Below the pieces are notes generated by a model, which made no database searches, was not told where the DNA came from, and worked only from the letters and a program-made list of their open reading frames with translations. Positions 25,591 to 39,100 of a stretch of DNA of 64,000 nt are shown in pieces; the first letter of the stretch is position 1, and the number at the start of each line of letters is the position of its first letter. A program made the translations under genes and the position numbers. Origin of the DNA: Asterias rubens (taxonomy: Eukaryota); NCBI RefSeq assembly GCF_902459465.1, contig NC_047071.1, positions 4,464,001-4,528,000 on the forward strand. Direction: 5' to 3'.

Positions 25591-26154
25591 CAAACCACAA
25601 GAAAAACTGACTGGGTAGAATTAAAATAATTTGTGATTGAACAAAAACAAATGACTAGAGTGATATGGACCAAGGAAGTCCGGTTTAAAACGACACTTGA
25701 TATTGCACAGGCATTGTTGCCAACAAAAGGTAATATTTTTGTAAACTGTTTAAAAAAACAAGGAATATTGTATACAAATTCCCTTTAAACCACAAAAAAC
25801 TTAAAACCCATCAGTCATGATGAAATCTACAAATGACAGATCTTCACACTATTTGAACCGAATCCACTATGCAAGGGTTTGTCAACAATTATCTTTTCAC
25901 TAGGTTGCAAACGGAAAAATAAAATAATATAACTTCCTGAAAATTCATTCCGGCGTGCTGTGATAAACGTGTGAAGAATCCTAAATGGATCAGCAGTAAT
26001 TGCCTAGCCATTTCCGCAGTGCATTGGAGACTTAGACATTGAGAATGCTGCAATGAATTTAGCTGTTAGCTAATTGTTTATCCCTTTCTCAATTCAAAAA
26101 CAGTGGATTCATTGACGCTAGACAAAGATAGCCAATCAGCACTTCCATCAGTTT

Positions 26155-26539
26155 ATAAAGGCAGTGGACACTTTTGGTAATTACTCAAAATAATTATTGG
26201 CATAAAACCTTTATTGGTGACGAGTAATGGGGAGAGGTTGATAGTATAAAACATTGTGAGAAACGGCTCCCTCTGAAGTGCCATAGTTTTCGAGAAAGAA
26301 GTAATTTTCCACGGATTTGATTTCAAGACCTCAGATTTAGAACTTGAGGTCTCGAAATCAACCATCTAAATGCACACGACTTCGTGTGACAAGGGTTATT
26401 TTCTTTCATTATTATCTCGCAACTTCGATGACCGATTGAGCTCAAATTTTCACAGGTTTGTTATTTTATGCATATGTTGAGATACACCAACTCTGAAGGC
26501 TAGTCTTTGACAATTACCAATAGTGTCCACTGCCTTTAA
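26155..26539. mobile_element. Family A MITE, full length; mirror ~27426-27811
   Basis: ATAA-aggcagtggacac ... gtgtccactgcct-TTAA. Confidence 0.9.
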
Positions 26540-26781
26540 CTAAATAATTCGTGATTAGCAATACTCCAGAGGTATAATCTGAAAAATTTGATATTTAAAT
26601 CGCCTGAAAAGTCTCTTAAAGCAAGGTCCTTTCTCCAAAGCGACAAATGCAGAAAATTAGAAAATGGAAATTGGGCGTCAGGCAGGCCAACAGAGGCAAC
26701 TGCCACCTAGCTTTGGTCATTGCCTTGGGGCCCCTTAAAGTGTTCCAGTAAAAAATAAATTGTTCTTATCCAGAGGTGCCC

Positions 26782-27187
26782 TTAAAGGCAGTGGACACTA
26801 CTGGTAATTGTCAAAGACTAGCCTTTACAGTTGGTGTATCTCAACATATGCCTAAAATAACAAACCTGTGAAAATTTAAGCTCAATCGGTCATCAAAGTT
26901 GGGAGATAATAATGAAAGAAAAAAACACCCTTGTCACACGAAGTTGTGTGCGTTTAGATGGTTGATTTCGAGACCTCAAGTTCTAAACTTGAGGTCTCGA
27001 AATCAACCATCTAAACGCACACAACTTCGTGTGACAAGGGTGTTTTCTTCTTTTCATTATTATCTCCCAACTTTGATGACCGATTGAGCTTAAATTTTCA
27101 CAGGTTTGTTATTTTAGGCATATGTTGAGATACACCAACTGTAAAGGCTAGTCTTTGACAATTACCAGTAGTGTCCACTGCCTTTAA
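26782..27187. mobile_element. Family A MITE converted to a head-to-head palindrome of its left half (palindrome axis)
   Basis: The left half is present twice, inverted about ttgatttcgagacctcaag-ttctaaa-cttgaggtctcgaaatcaa (26962-27006). The normal right half (attcgtggaaaattac...) is absent. Confidence 0.95.
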
Positions 27188-30100
27188 GGGCACCTCTGGA
27201 TAAGAACAATTTTTTTTTACTGGAACACTTTAAGGGGCCCCAAGGCAATGACCAAAAGCTAGGTGGCAGTTGCCTCTGTTGGCCTGCTGACGCCCAATTT
27301 CCATTTTCTAATTTTCTGCATTTGTCGCTTTGGAGAAAGGACCTTGCTTTAAGAGACTTTTCAGGCGATTTAAATATCAAATTTTTCAGATTTACCTCTG
27401 GAGTATGCTAATCACGAATTATTTAGTTAAAGGCAGTGGACACTATTGGTAATTGTCAAAGACTAGCCTTCAGAGTTGGTGTATCTCAACATATGCATAA
27501 AATAACAAACCTGTGAAAATTTGAGCTCAATCGGTCATCGAAGTTGCGAGATAATAATGAAAGAAAAATAACCCTTGTCACACGAAGTCGTGTGCATTTA
27601 GATGGTTGATTTCGAGACCTCAAGTTCTAAATCTGAGGTCTTGAAATCAAATCCGTGGAAAATTACTTCTTTCTCGAAAACTATGGCACTTCAGAGGGAG
27701 CCGTTTCTCACAATGTTTTATACTATCAACCTCTCCCCATTACTCGTCACCAATAAAGTTTTATGCCAATAATTATTTTGAGTAATTACCAAAAGTGTCC
27801 ACTGCCTTTATAAACTGATGGAAGTGCTGATTGGCTATCTTTGTCTAGCGTCAATGAATCCACTGTTTTTGAATGAGAAAGGGATAACAATTAGCTAAAC
27901 AGCTAAATTCATTGCAGCCATTCTCAATGTCTAAGTCTCCAATGCACTGCGGAAATGGCTAGGCAATTACTGCTGATCCATTTAGGATTCTTCACACGTT
28001 TATCACGCACGCCGGAATGAATTTTCAGGACGTTATATTATTTTATTTTTCCGTTTGCAACCTAGTGAAAAGATAATTGTTGACAAACCCTTGCATATTG
28101 GATTCGGTTCAAATAGTGTGAAGATCTGTCATTGTAGATTTCATCATGACTGATGGGTTTAAGTTTTTGTGGGTTTAAAGGGAATTTGTATACAATATTC
28201 CTTGTTTTTTTAAAACAGTTTACAAAAATATTACCTTTTGTTGGCAACAATGCCTGTGCAATATCAAGTGTCGTTTTAAAAACCGGACTTCCTTGGTCCA
28301 TATCACTCTAGTCATTTGTTTTTGGTTCAATCACAAATTATTTTAATTCTACCCAGTCAGTTTTTCTTGTGGTTTGAGAGGTTGATGGTATAAAACATTG
28401 TGAGAAACGGCTCGCTCTGAAGTGCCATAGTTTTGAGAAAGAAGTAATTTTCCACAAATTTGTATTTGAGACCTCAGATTTAGAACTTGAGGTCTCAAAA
28501 TCAACCATCTAAACGCACACAACTTCGTGTGACAAGGGTGTTTTCTTCTTTCATTGTTATCTCGCAACTTTGATGACCGATTGAGCTCAAATTTCCACAG
28601 GTTTGTTATTTTATGCATATGTTGAGATACACCAACTGTGAAGGCAGTTGACAGTTACCATAGGTCACTGCCTTTAATGGGTTGTGGTGGTTCTAAACCA
28701 AACCAGTTATTGACAAATCATTATTTCAATCAGTATGCTCTGACCGTCTCCAGGAAAAGATGATCAGACTTTATTGTACTTAATATTATTGATGTTGTAC
28801 CTTATCTTGATTCAAAGAGAGTAAACAATACAGACAGTCCAGTAACTTCCCCAGCATTTCCATTACAGGCTATTACCCGCCATTTTCTTTGTAAATACAT
28901 TTTGTTTATTTCATGTCATTGTCACATTTGTATTCAGCTGTCTAGGATCACACTGTTCAGCTCGGCTTAGTGCTTGTTTATTCTTGCATTATAAATTGCT
29001 TTGTCATTGTCCTTCACTGTGTGTTTTTCCCCCGCCTCAAATAATTCCAAGATCAATATTAACCTAAATAAATAATGAAGTTGATTGAAAACTCGATAAT
29101 GCAATCTATGGAGACATCCAATAAAAAAAAAGGCGCAGAGAGAAACACGGCACGACATCGAAATGAAAACATTATCTTTGTAGGTTTTCCTGTTTTTATT
29201 ATTATGCATTGATTAAAATGATCTTGGTGTATAGATTCACCTGTATAAAGACAACTGCATATCCCCTAATGGAGTACTGTTGTCACATTTGGGTCTCAGC
29301 CTGTCATTTATCTTTATTAGATAGAGTGCAGAAGCGTTTTGTTAATCTTGTTGGTGAAAGGGTTGGGAGATACGCTACAACCTCTTTTCCCATCGTATAG
29401 GTCTGTAGCCAGCCCTGTCTTTTTTCTACAGACGTGTTCGTGGTAATGTGCCTCAAGTGTATGAACCTGATTCCTCCTATTAGGATGTTGGAACGTGAAA
29501 CCAGTCTTTTTTTCCTGCTTTTCTCACCCATACACTCATCATGTTTCTGAGATGATGACCAAAGAGCCATTCCAACAGCTTTAACCACAACTGCATCTCT
29601 TTGGAACTCCTTGCCTGGTGCATTGTTTCCCTCCTACCTAAATCTGAACTGTTTTAAGAGGAATATCAGTTCCTGCCTTCAACTCTCCTGAGTTTCTCTC
29701 TGTCGGAACTCCTTGCCCGGTGCATGTTTCCCTTCATCCTACAATCTAGACTGTTTTAAGAGGAGTATCAGTTCCTACCTTCAGCTCCCCTGAGTTTTGT
29801 TCATCTTGAATGTTGTCTTCTTATATCCCCTTATCCCAAAAGTGGCTTTTAGCCTTTTTTGTGGTAACCTTCCCTTTAAAAAATAATGGAACAAAATGAA
29901 AAAGATACAAAAGTCACAGTGATCAGTGAGATGTTTATTAGCGAGAAATATGTAAAGGTCTTTTATGAGGCAGTGTCTTCTCAGAACATTTGAAGTTGTT
30001 TTCATAGCTCTCAGATCTTACATTAGATCCATAGAGTCACAATTTTCATCCTACTTTCAAAAAGATCTTCGAAAAAGGAAATTTTCCAACAGCTATTTTC

Positions 30101-33100
30101 TTAACATCCAATTTGAGTGTGGGCTTCAAATTGCATTGAGAGGTATCATTTCATTACGTATGGAAGTCCAGTACATCGGTAAGGTAACGGCTTTAGGCTC
30201 TTGTGTCATTTCTTTATAGCTGGGACGGCAGCGGACGACGGGCCGTGTTTCTTGCAGACGGTGGTTTGCATCCACCAGAGAGATCAATAGAATAACTGCT
30301 TCTTGAGTTTGTATGTCCCTCCTTGACATTAAACAGCTCCTACCCGTTGCAGGGCCCAATTTCATAGCGATGCTTAAAGGGTCTGGGTACTTTTGTAGGA
30401 CACAAAAACACATGTCCACAGATTTACATTAAACTTACACAGTTTGAAGATAATGATAGTAGAAGCTTCCCTGAAAATATTACTTGCTGAGGTGCTGTAG
30501 TTGTTGAGAAATGAGTGCATCACAAAATACGTTTACATGCTAAAATATTTTTTTGTGACGTGTTTCCCTTTAAAGGTGTGTTGTTGGACAAACAAGACAA
30601 ACAACATGTACCATAAGGACTTTACTGACAGTCGTGTCAAAACAACAAAACTTGTAGATAATTACTGACTGTTTCAGCGTCTAACATCTTTTTGGGATGA
30701 AGTTGGTGTTGTTTTCACTTTCTTAAGTTTGTTTTTTCATGTGGAGTTTTTGTTTCGTTAATGAAGACCAAGTTGGCAGTGATTGATGCAACCTTGTTTT
30801 ATGGCCAGCTGAGGGTCAACATGAAAGTTGTTTTAGGGGATATTTAGTTTGTCAGGTTTATTCCCCTGTGAGTGTTAATCGCTCATTCTGTATTTTACAT
30901 AACTTGAATTACACAGCTTTGATATTATCACCCAATTGATCAATCAATGTTAACTAGCTTGTTTACAATCCCATTGTTGGCCAAATAAAGGCCCATTTCT
31001 TGCAACAGATGCTTTATTCTTTGATTATTACCAAGACAAAACTAGATAGACAGAATACGGACAACAAATCTTCTTTAAAACCTATGCTTTAAGGGTACAG
31101 TCCGGAGGATAAATTTTAAATTAAATATGCTTTTACTTTGAAGGGTTCATTGCTGTTATTAACTTGTGCGATATATTCACCTATGAGTACACTAATTACC
31201 CTAGTTGTACCAAGAGTTTGTACCAAGTATTTGGCTGCCTATTCCCACTTTTGCCCTCCTTACCAGTGGGTGCGTTCGTTAGCTTCCCCGGGACGACCTC
31301 GGTGTGTGGCGTTTTCTTTTTCCAGGACGAACGTGTGCAGATATGGCCCACGTTCATCCTGGGAAAAAAAAAAAACAACCACACACCGGGGTCGACCCAG
31401 GGAAGCTAAACGAACGCATCCTGTATATGCGATAATTTTCAAAAATGCACCTAATTGTTTTCTTTTCTCAAATTGTAATGAATATTCCCTTATGTTGTCT
31501 ACTTTTTATAATTCCCAACCTTCCTCTACTGTACAATCAATCTTTGTGCTATCTGGGTATGACATACCGTACCCATGATCACCCAATCTCCACCCAACAG
31601 TTACCTTACAGTTTACCCAGCATTAACCCAGTTTACGCCCAGCTGCAACTGACCTTTAATTCACAGCTGCCGATTGATCCCCTTGTGCACAGTGAAATAC
31701 AGGATATGATGAAGCATCTATACATTCACTGATGGGGAAAGTTGGGTTTCTCCTGTCAGGATCTTTACTCCCTAATCTCTCTCTTAACTTTGTTACAAAG
31801 CAGACACTGAATTCTCGCAGGAATGATGCATTTTATGACACTGTTGTTTCCTGACAGGAAAGGGCTGGCTTGTAATCATTAATTGACACTTTGTTTGGGG
31901 AGGTAATGTCTGTTATTTGCTAATAGTTACATGATTTAGGAGCGGTGAGTTAATGTGAAGATTCTTTTTTTTTTAAAAGAGTAAATTATAGTGTATGGAA
32001 ACTCTTCACCTTACAGGTAAATATGATTAACTGCTTCCATGTGGACAATTTTGATTAGCTAATTTCTTCAAGTTATGATGTTTGTTCAGTTTAGAATGAG
32101 AAACACATGATACAAGGATTAATGATGGAGCATTCACACTACACTTTTCAGGGCTATAAATTATCTGGATTAATGACGGGGAGTTTTTTTTGTTTTTTTT
32201 TTCTCTTGTAACTTTGTGCCTCAGAGCTTCTCTTTGTTTTTTCCTAAATGGGTTTCTACTAATTTACTTAGCAACGCCACTGCTCATGAATTCGACACAA
32301 ACAATCGAAGCAAAATCTGTCAATGCACAAGAACCCTAACTGGAATCTTTGCAAACATTATGTACGAACTATCTTCACTCAAGGTGTGAATAATGCACAC
32401 ACATTTCTCAGCACTTTCCGTAACAACATACATAAATGTCAACGTGTATATTAATTAAATTTACTTCCCTGGAAAAAAGGCATACAATATAATTGAGAGA
32501 GTGCACTTTACACTCACTGCAGTGAATCCAAAATGAAAATAAATTGTCTATTTGGAGGGTCGTGCAACAATCGGTATTACCGCCGACGATGTTTGCATTA
32601 ACCCTAGCGAGTGATTCCAAGCAAGCCAGGCTACCTTTTTCCCCTTTTCTCTCTCCCTCTGTCTTGTCTTGTTGTACCCCCCCCCCACCTCGTCGACACA
32701 CTCTCCCCTCTCCCCCGCTATCTCTGTCCCTCCCGCCCGATCTCGTTTCCCTCTATTCTGTGTCTCTGCATGAGTGGTTACCCAGTCAATTATTATGATT
32801 GTCACTTATGCCATGCTACACACTACCCGTGTGTAGAAGCCTAAAATATATGCATATACATAGACATTGCGCGGCCGGTCCAATTTTGAATGTTAGCATA
32901 TTGACATCTGCAGCGCGGGATAATCCATGGACGAGTGTGGCTGCTTGTCGGCGCAGAGAGTGCGAGCATGTATGGAACATCAGCTACCTTAAATAAATGC
33001 GCATATCATATGCATGTGTGGTTATTATCTGGGGTAGATTTTGTAAACTAATGTTGGATGGTTTCTGCGTGTGTATTTACCGATATAATAAATTGAGGTT

Positions 33101-36100
33101 TTTGGATAACGAGGGGTAGAGGCATGGAATCGATGCTTACTCACTTTAGCCATGTGCATTGTAAAATGAAAAAACTCTGGTTTGTCATGAGAGTGATGTC
33201 TTGTTTGCACAAGGGTGGCTTTAGGCAGTATTTTTCTTCTTCATATTTTATTGGACAAAACAGCTCAATATGAGTAAATAATAATAACAACAATACAAGA
33301 ACAAAAACTCAAGGAAAATGAAGCTACTTGGTCTCTAAGAGGGATGATAAAACTCAAGCAAAGTGTTCGCTGCTAGAATAGTTTGCACCAGAATAATAAG
33401 AAAAAGTATTAACCAATATCATGTTTGTAAGGCAAACATTACTTAAATTTAATGAAAAGCACAAAGCTATAATACTTAGAGTGTATAGAGTTATATATAA
33501 GAACTAGAGGGCGCACTGGCCTATATACGCGACCCGGCATGCGCGTAGGCGGCCATTTTCTAAGTTGACAAAACAGGCATTGCTTAGTGTGTTTGTGCGG
33601 CCATTTTGTAAGTTGAAAAAAAAAAACAGCGTCGCGTAGCGGTCAATAAACACAAACTCCAACGTGTAATTCATATTCAACGGCGCAGACAGAATGGAGC
33701 GCGCGTGTCTCCTTGCGGTCCCGTTGCGTTTGTGCAAGAAGCATCACCAGTGCGCCCTCTAATTCTTATATATAACTCTATGGGTGTTAACAATAACTTG
33801 TGTGTTTCAGGTTGTGCGCTGTTTGTAAACGGGTTTATGCTCTACTTGTTTCCTGGTTAGCACTAACGCTCTTTGCTCCAAGCAATTAAAATTTCTTCAG
33901 TAAATAGCAGCCATTTTAAATTGCTCATTTATTATTGAATTTAACATCACCAACTTCACTTGACTAAAAAGCAAAGTACCTAGGCCTGTTTTTTCATCTC
34001 TGTACATGTTATTAAATTTAGACCCTTGTGGTTTATGACTTAAAATTAGACTAAATGGTTTTGCCATTTCCCTAAGGTACCCCGAGGTAGATCCACCCAT
34101 TGATTGATGAGTTATTAAGTGCTTCAACCATTTACTCCCGCCTACAAACACAAACTGACCAGTCTAAGATGATAGGGTGGCCATGACGTGAGTCACAGTC
34201 AACCCCTGCAGTAATCTAGACGCTAAAAATAAGAAGTTAAGTTATCAAAACAAAAACTCGTCACTCAAACACATTTAGATCTGTAGCCTCCCCTAGCAAA
34301 AGGGACAAATTAGATTGGAATATTTGAGGAGGGTTCTTGATATAGGAGGAGTAGCTTTACAAGCAATGTGTGAAATCTTGTAACATCTTACAGGCATCTC
34401 TGACAATCTGATGGAAATGCAAGCATTTATGAAATGGGCTCTTACATTCCTGGTCCATATCTTTGTTTGAAAGCATGTACGGAAAATAATTGTTAATGTT
34501 TTGTTTTTGGTGACTCTGCTACCAAGATAGACCTTTGGAAAAGTCGTTAATATCGGGAAAGTGTAATACACTAAGTAGCTCTCTGGATTTAAAGAATGCT
34601 CGTGCGAGATCATTGCTGCTCTGCGCGAGGCAACGAGCTCCCGAGTCACGACTGTTACTCTTAATTATATAAAACCGATGTCTCGCAGGGGCTAGCAGTC
34701 TCGCAGAGTCGGAACGCTATATCATCGACAAACATTTAATGACTTGTTCACCAGTCTACTGTCAAGAAAGCTTTGTATATTCAGTTTAGAAAAACAGTTA
34801 TAAGTCATGCAGGCCTGGAATTTCATCATTTTGCATTGGCAGTTCCATTGGAAAATCTTTAAGTCTATGGGAAACTTTTGAAGGGGCACAAAGGCCAAGA
34901 CCAGGGCATCAGAGGCCATGACCTTCGTGATTTTCCAGCCCTTGTTATGTGATGAACTGCTGCTTCTTCTGTGAAGAGGCCCAAACCTACACGTAGGGAC
35001 ATCTGTCTTCTTTTCACCCATGTTTTAAAGACAGTGGACACTATTGGTAATTGTCAAAGACTGTTATTTTCTGATCATATGCATAAAATAACAAACCTAC
35101 GAAAATTTGAGCTCAATCGGTCATCGAAGTTGCGAGATAATAATAAAAGAAAAATAACCATTGTCACACGAAGTTGTGTGCGTTTAGATGGTTGATTTCG
35201 AGACCTCAAGTTCTAAACCTGAGGTCTCGAAATCAAATTTGTGGAAAATTACTTCTTTCTCGAAAACTACGTCACTTCAGAGGGAGCTGTTTCCCACAAA
35301 GTTTTATACCATCTACCTCTCCCCATTACTCGTCACGAAGAAAGGTTTTATGCCAATAAATTATTTGAGTAATTACCAATAGTGTCCACTGCCTTTAAAG
35401 TATGACTACTGACGTCATAAAGAAACTGAGTAGGTTGCCCCCCTGTTTGTTTTTCTCACTGTGACCTTAACCTTTAGGTTGGAGTGATGTCAGGTTCCGT
35501 GTCTCCGCCCCACAGGTGATAGGGCTGACTAATGGCCGCTAATCCAGCACTTCTTATGTGTGGAGCCAAAGAATCTAAAGTCTAAACAAGGAAACAAGAG
35601 TTACACTAAAAGGGCAACTACCTGAGACCCAAGGGGTACATCCCGGGGGTTGGTTTGGTAAGGGAGTGTGCCTTAATCAGAAGGAAAGGGGACTTGCACT
35701 CTCCAATGCTTAGAGCCCATAGAAAGCTAGGTTAAAGAGCTAGGGCAATTACTAACAGCTATAAATATACAAACAAGTGTAAGAAGGCAATTACTTGCAG
35801 CCCAGTTTAGGACTGGTGGGGATCAAGGGGTTGGGGATTAAGGTTACGGGAAATGGGAACAGTCATATAAAACAGAAGTCACAGATGAAAATGTAGTTCC
35901 AATGATTCAGTCTTATTAAAGAAAATCAAGTTCACTTTGGATAGAAGCAAAACCAGTGGTAGGTTTCGCTTTTTTAGTTTGTAGTATTTTGAGAAAACAT
36001 AATGTACAGTTATATAAACACAAACAAAAAGGTACATCAGTCATCAATCACTTGTTTTGATAATAGGGGAAAGTTCATGATAATTATTTCCTTTAAAAGA

Positions 36101-39100
36101 AGCGGAAATTTCTACACATTTCTTTCAAAACCAAAACTAACATTTCAAAAAAAAGTTGTTATTCTTCACTTGAACCTTGCACAAAAGTTTTTTATTTAGA
36201 CAGTTACTATCCACAAAACATATTCAATTCCATGTAGGCAATGCCATGGCAACCAAATTAGTGGAATAATTTCAGGCGAACCTGCCTTTCCCTGTGGAGC
36301 ATAAGTTCTGAAACTCACACTGGAACTTATCCCCTTGCTTGACAGCTACATGGTTCTTTTCTTTCAGGGCGTTAGTTTCAATTCCAGGTGCTGGACAATT
36401 TAAAGCCAACATCCAATTAAAGCCGAACTGCGGTTTCACGGTGCCTTGCTTGGATTGCCAAAAATGTTCTTAAAATAAATATTATCTATTTAACAGTTTA
36501 GGGGTCACTGGTCTCCTTTATAGAATTTTCCCGTATGGATTGTTCATTTTATTTCAATGAAGTCTGAAATATTTTTTTCATGAAATCAATATGCCCTCTA
36601 CTAATGCAATTTTATGAAGTATCATTTCTTAGATGGAGAACTGCAGCTTTAGTAATGATCGTTTTGATACTGTGCAAAATCACCAGAATGTCACATGTTT
36701 TTCTCATAATCTACAGACAGCTTTGAACTGCTGTGTGATTTGTTTTGAGCGTTTGTAAAACATCAAGCTCAGGAAACTTTGACATCCTCGTTGTACTCTA
36801 TTTAAATTGAGCTTGTGTTCCCTCTAGTTATTGGCTGCAGCACAAGCTACTATAGGCAGAATCAGTGATTAAGACTCTACCTGTTTATCATTTGAAAAAA
36901 GTATTAGCTGTTGCAAACTGCTTGCTGTCAAAAAGGACCTATGGTATAAATGCAAACAAAATTTTTTTTTTTTACCTAGCAGAATCTTTCTCAAGGCTAA
37001 ATCATAATTTAAAGAAAAATACTTTGTTTCTTCCTCGCGGACTAGAACCATAGTGCTGGATCTAGCTCAACCCTAGTCTTTGTGCAAGATGTTGTTATCA
37101 CTATCAGTCATCTATCGCGATAAATGTTCCCTTTCTCCTCGCCATGCACATTACTATTGAATGTCAGCGGACGCTGTTGGAAAACTTCTAGATCATCACA
37201 CAACACTCAACTGGCGCGAGTGCGGCTTACAGAATCGCCCTCTATCGGTGGAATAGTCAAGCTGTGTGTAGCGTTGAGTGTATGGGGCCTATACGATATT
37301 ACCATAGAGGTTGTTAACCAACTCAGCATTGAGCGTCTTGTACCAAGACTAGCTCAACCCTGACTATGGGGCGGTTCAAGTGCAGCCTGAGTTTGCCACT
37401 TGAATGCTATGTGCAGTATGCAAGAATATGACAAGAGTATAAGTGCCATGTCTATCAAACCATATGCATATGGTCAAAATTCCAGTTGAACCTAGTTAAC
37501 TGGGGTCAACTGGTTCAACTGGATAGTGATCAAACTCGTCCATTTTCCATATTAACCAACTGGTTTGGACTAAGTTTAACTGTGTTCAACTAGGTTGAAA
37601 TTATAAACCAGTTGGTCTCTGTCCATTTTCCATATTAAACCAACTGGTTTTAACTGTGTTTAAAGCCATTGGACCCTTTCGGTAAATAGTATTGTCCAAG
37701 GTCCACACTTCGTGTATCACAACTTCTATATCAAATAACAAACCTGTGAAAATTTAAGCTCAATCGGTCATTGGAGTCGGGAGAAAATAACGGGAAAATC
37801 CACCCTTGTATTCGCGCCTTTGGCCGTGTCATGAAATGTGTTTAAAATAAATCCGTAATTCTCGCTATCGAGAATTTATATTGTTTTACTGTTTTCTCAA
37901 AAAGTGAAGCATTTCATGGAATAATATTTCAAGAGAAGTCTTTCACCACTACCTTCTGTAAACCTTCTGTAAGTTATTTGTAAATCTGTGAACTGGTTTC
38001 AACTAGTTCCAGTTAAACCCAGTTTAACTAGGTTCAACTGGAATTTCGACCTGGGTGACCATGATTAAATATTTAGAATACTTATTGCCAGCCAACCTTA
38101 CTAGTTATTCTCACTGACGTGTTAGGGGGGGGGGGGGTGGCTGGAAGAGACATGAGATAATCCAGACTCCTGGTGGTTATGGAAGGTCAATTGTAACTTT
38201 GATTATAAGAAGGTTGGTTTTGAGTTCTTTTCTCTTTTGTTGAATCCAAACTTTCAGGAAGGAAGGAAGGCATGGGTCTTATTTCATAAAACCTGTAAGC
38301 ATTACTGCTAAGCACAGAAAAATAATGCTTTAATAACTTTATGAATTGGGACGCTGGTGAATACTTGATCATAGGAAGTTTATGGAAGTGAAGAAATTAC
38401 TGCATAATAATTTTACTTGTTGCTGATCTTTCTCTTCACCAGTATTGTATTTGCGTTGACTTTCGGGTTGAGTTCAAACTTACTAGGTCTTGTCTTCCAT
38501 TGACCCCACCCATCTGTTTGTTATTACTCGTTGAGTATACAGATATGATATGGTTTGAATGTATTCATATTTTTGTTGCAAATTATCATAATTCAGGGCC
38601 CAGATTGATCACCATGGATGATATATTGCAGTTGTCCTAGTTTTTCTTGTTGAGATAATACACTGATATTCTGTTCCATGTGTTTCAGACATGATATGTA
38701 TATTGGTTGAGTGGTGTAATCATATACAATGCATGCATCTAGCAGCTGGTCAAAGAGCATTGTTATTTCCATTCTTTTATGTTGCATAGGAAGGGAGGGT
38801 TCACACAAGGTGTGCAATGTTGTCCTTTCAGGAAGCAAGGTTGCTGTAAAGCATTCTTATTGCTGTGCTGCTGTGCTAACTTGTTTAATATGTCTGTCCG
38901 TTTGTGGTCGTTGTTTTGATTGTCATTTCCATTCTTTGATGTTGCATAGGAAAGGAGGGTTCATACTCAAGAGAGTTTCCTGTGACTGTGAGCATTCAGA
39001 GAAAACTCAACATCTCTGTAACATTTTACTAAAGCTGCATTTTGAATGCGTTCCGGTCCTACTATTTTGTTGTGCTTGTCATCGAAAAAGTCTCAACATG

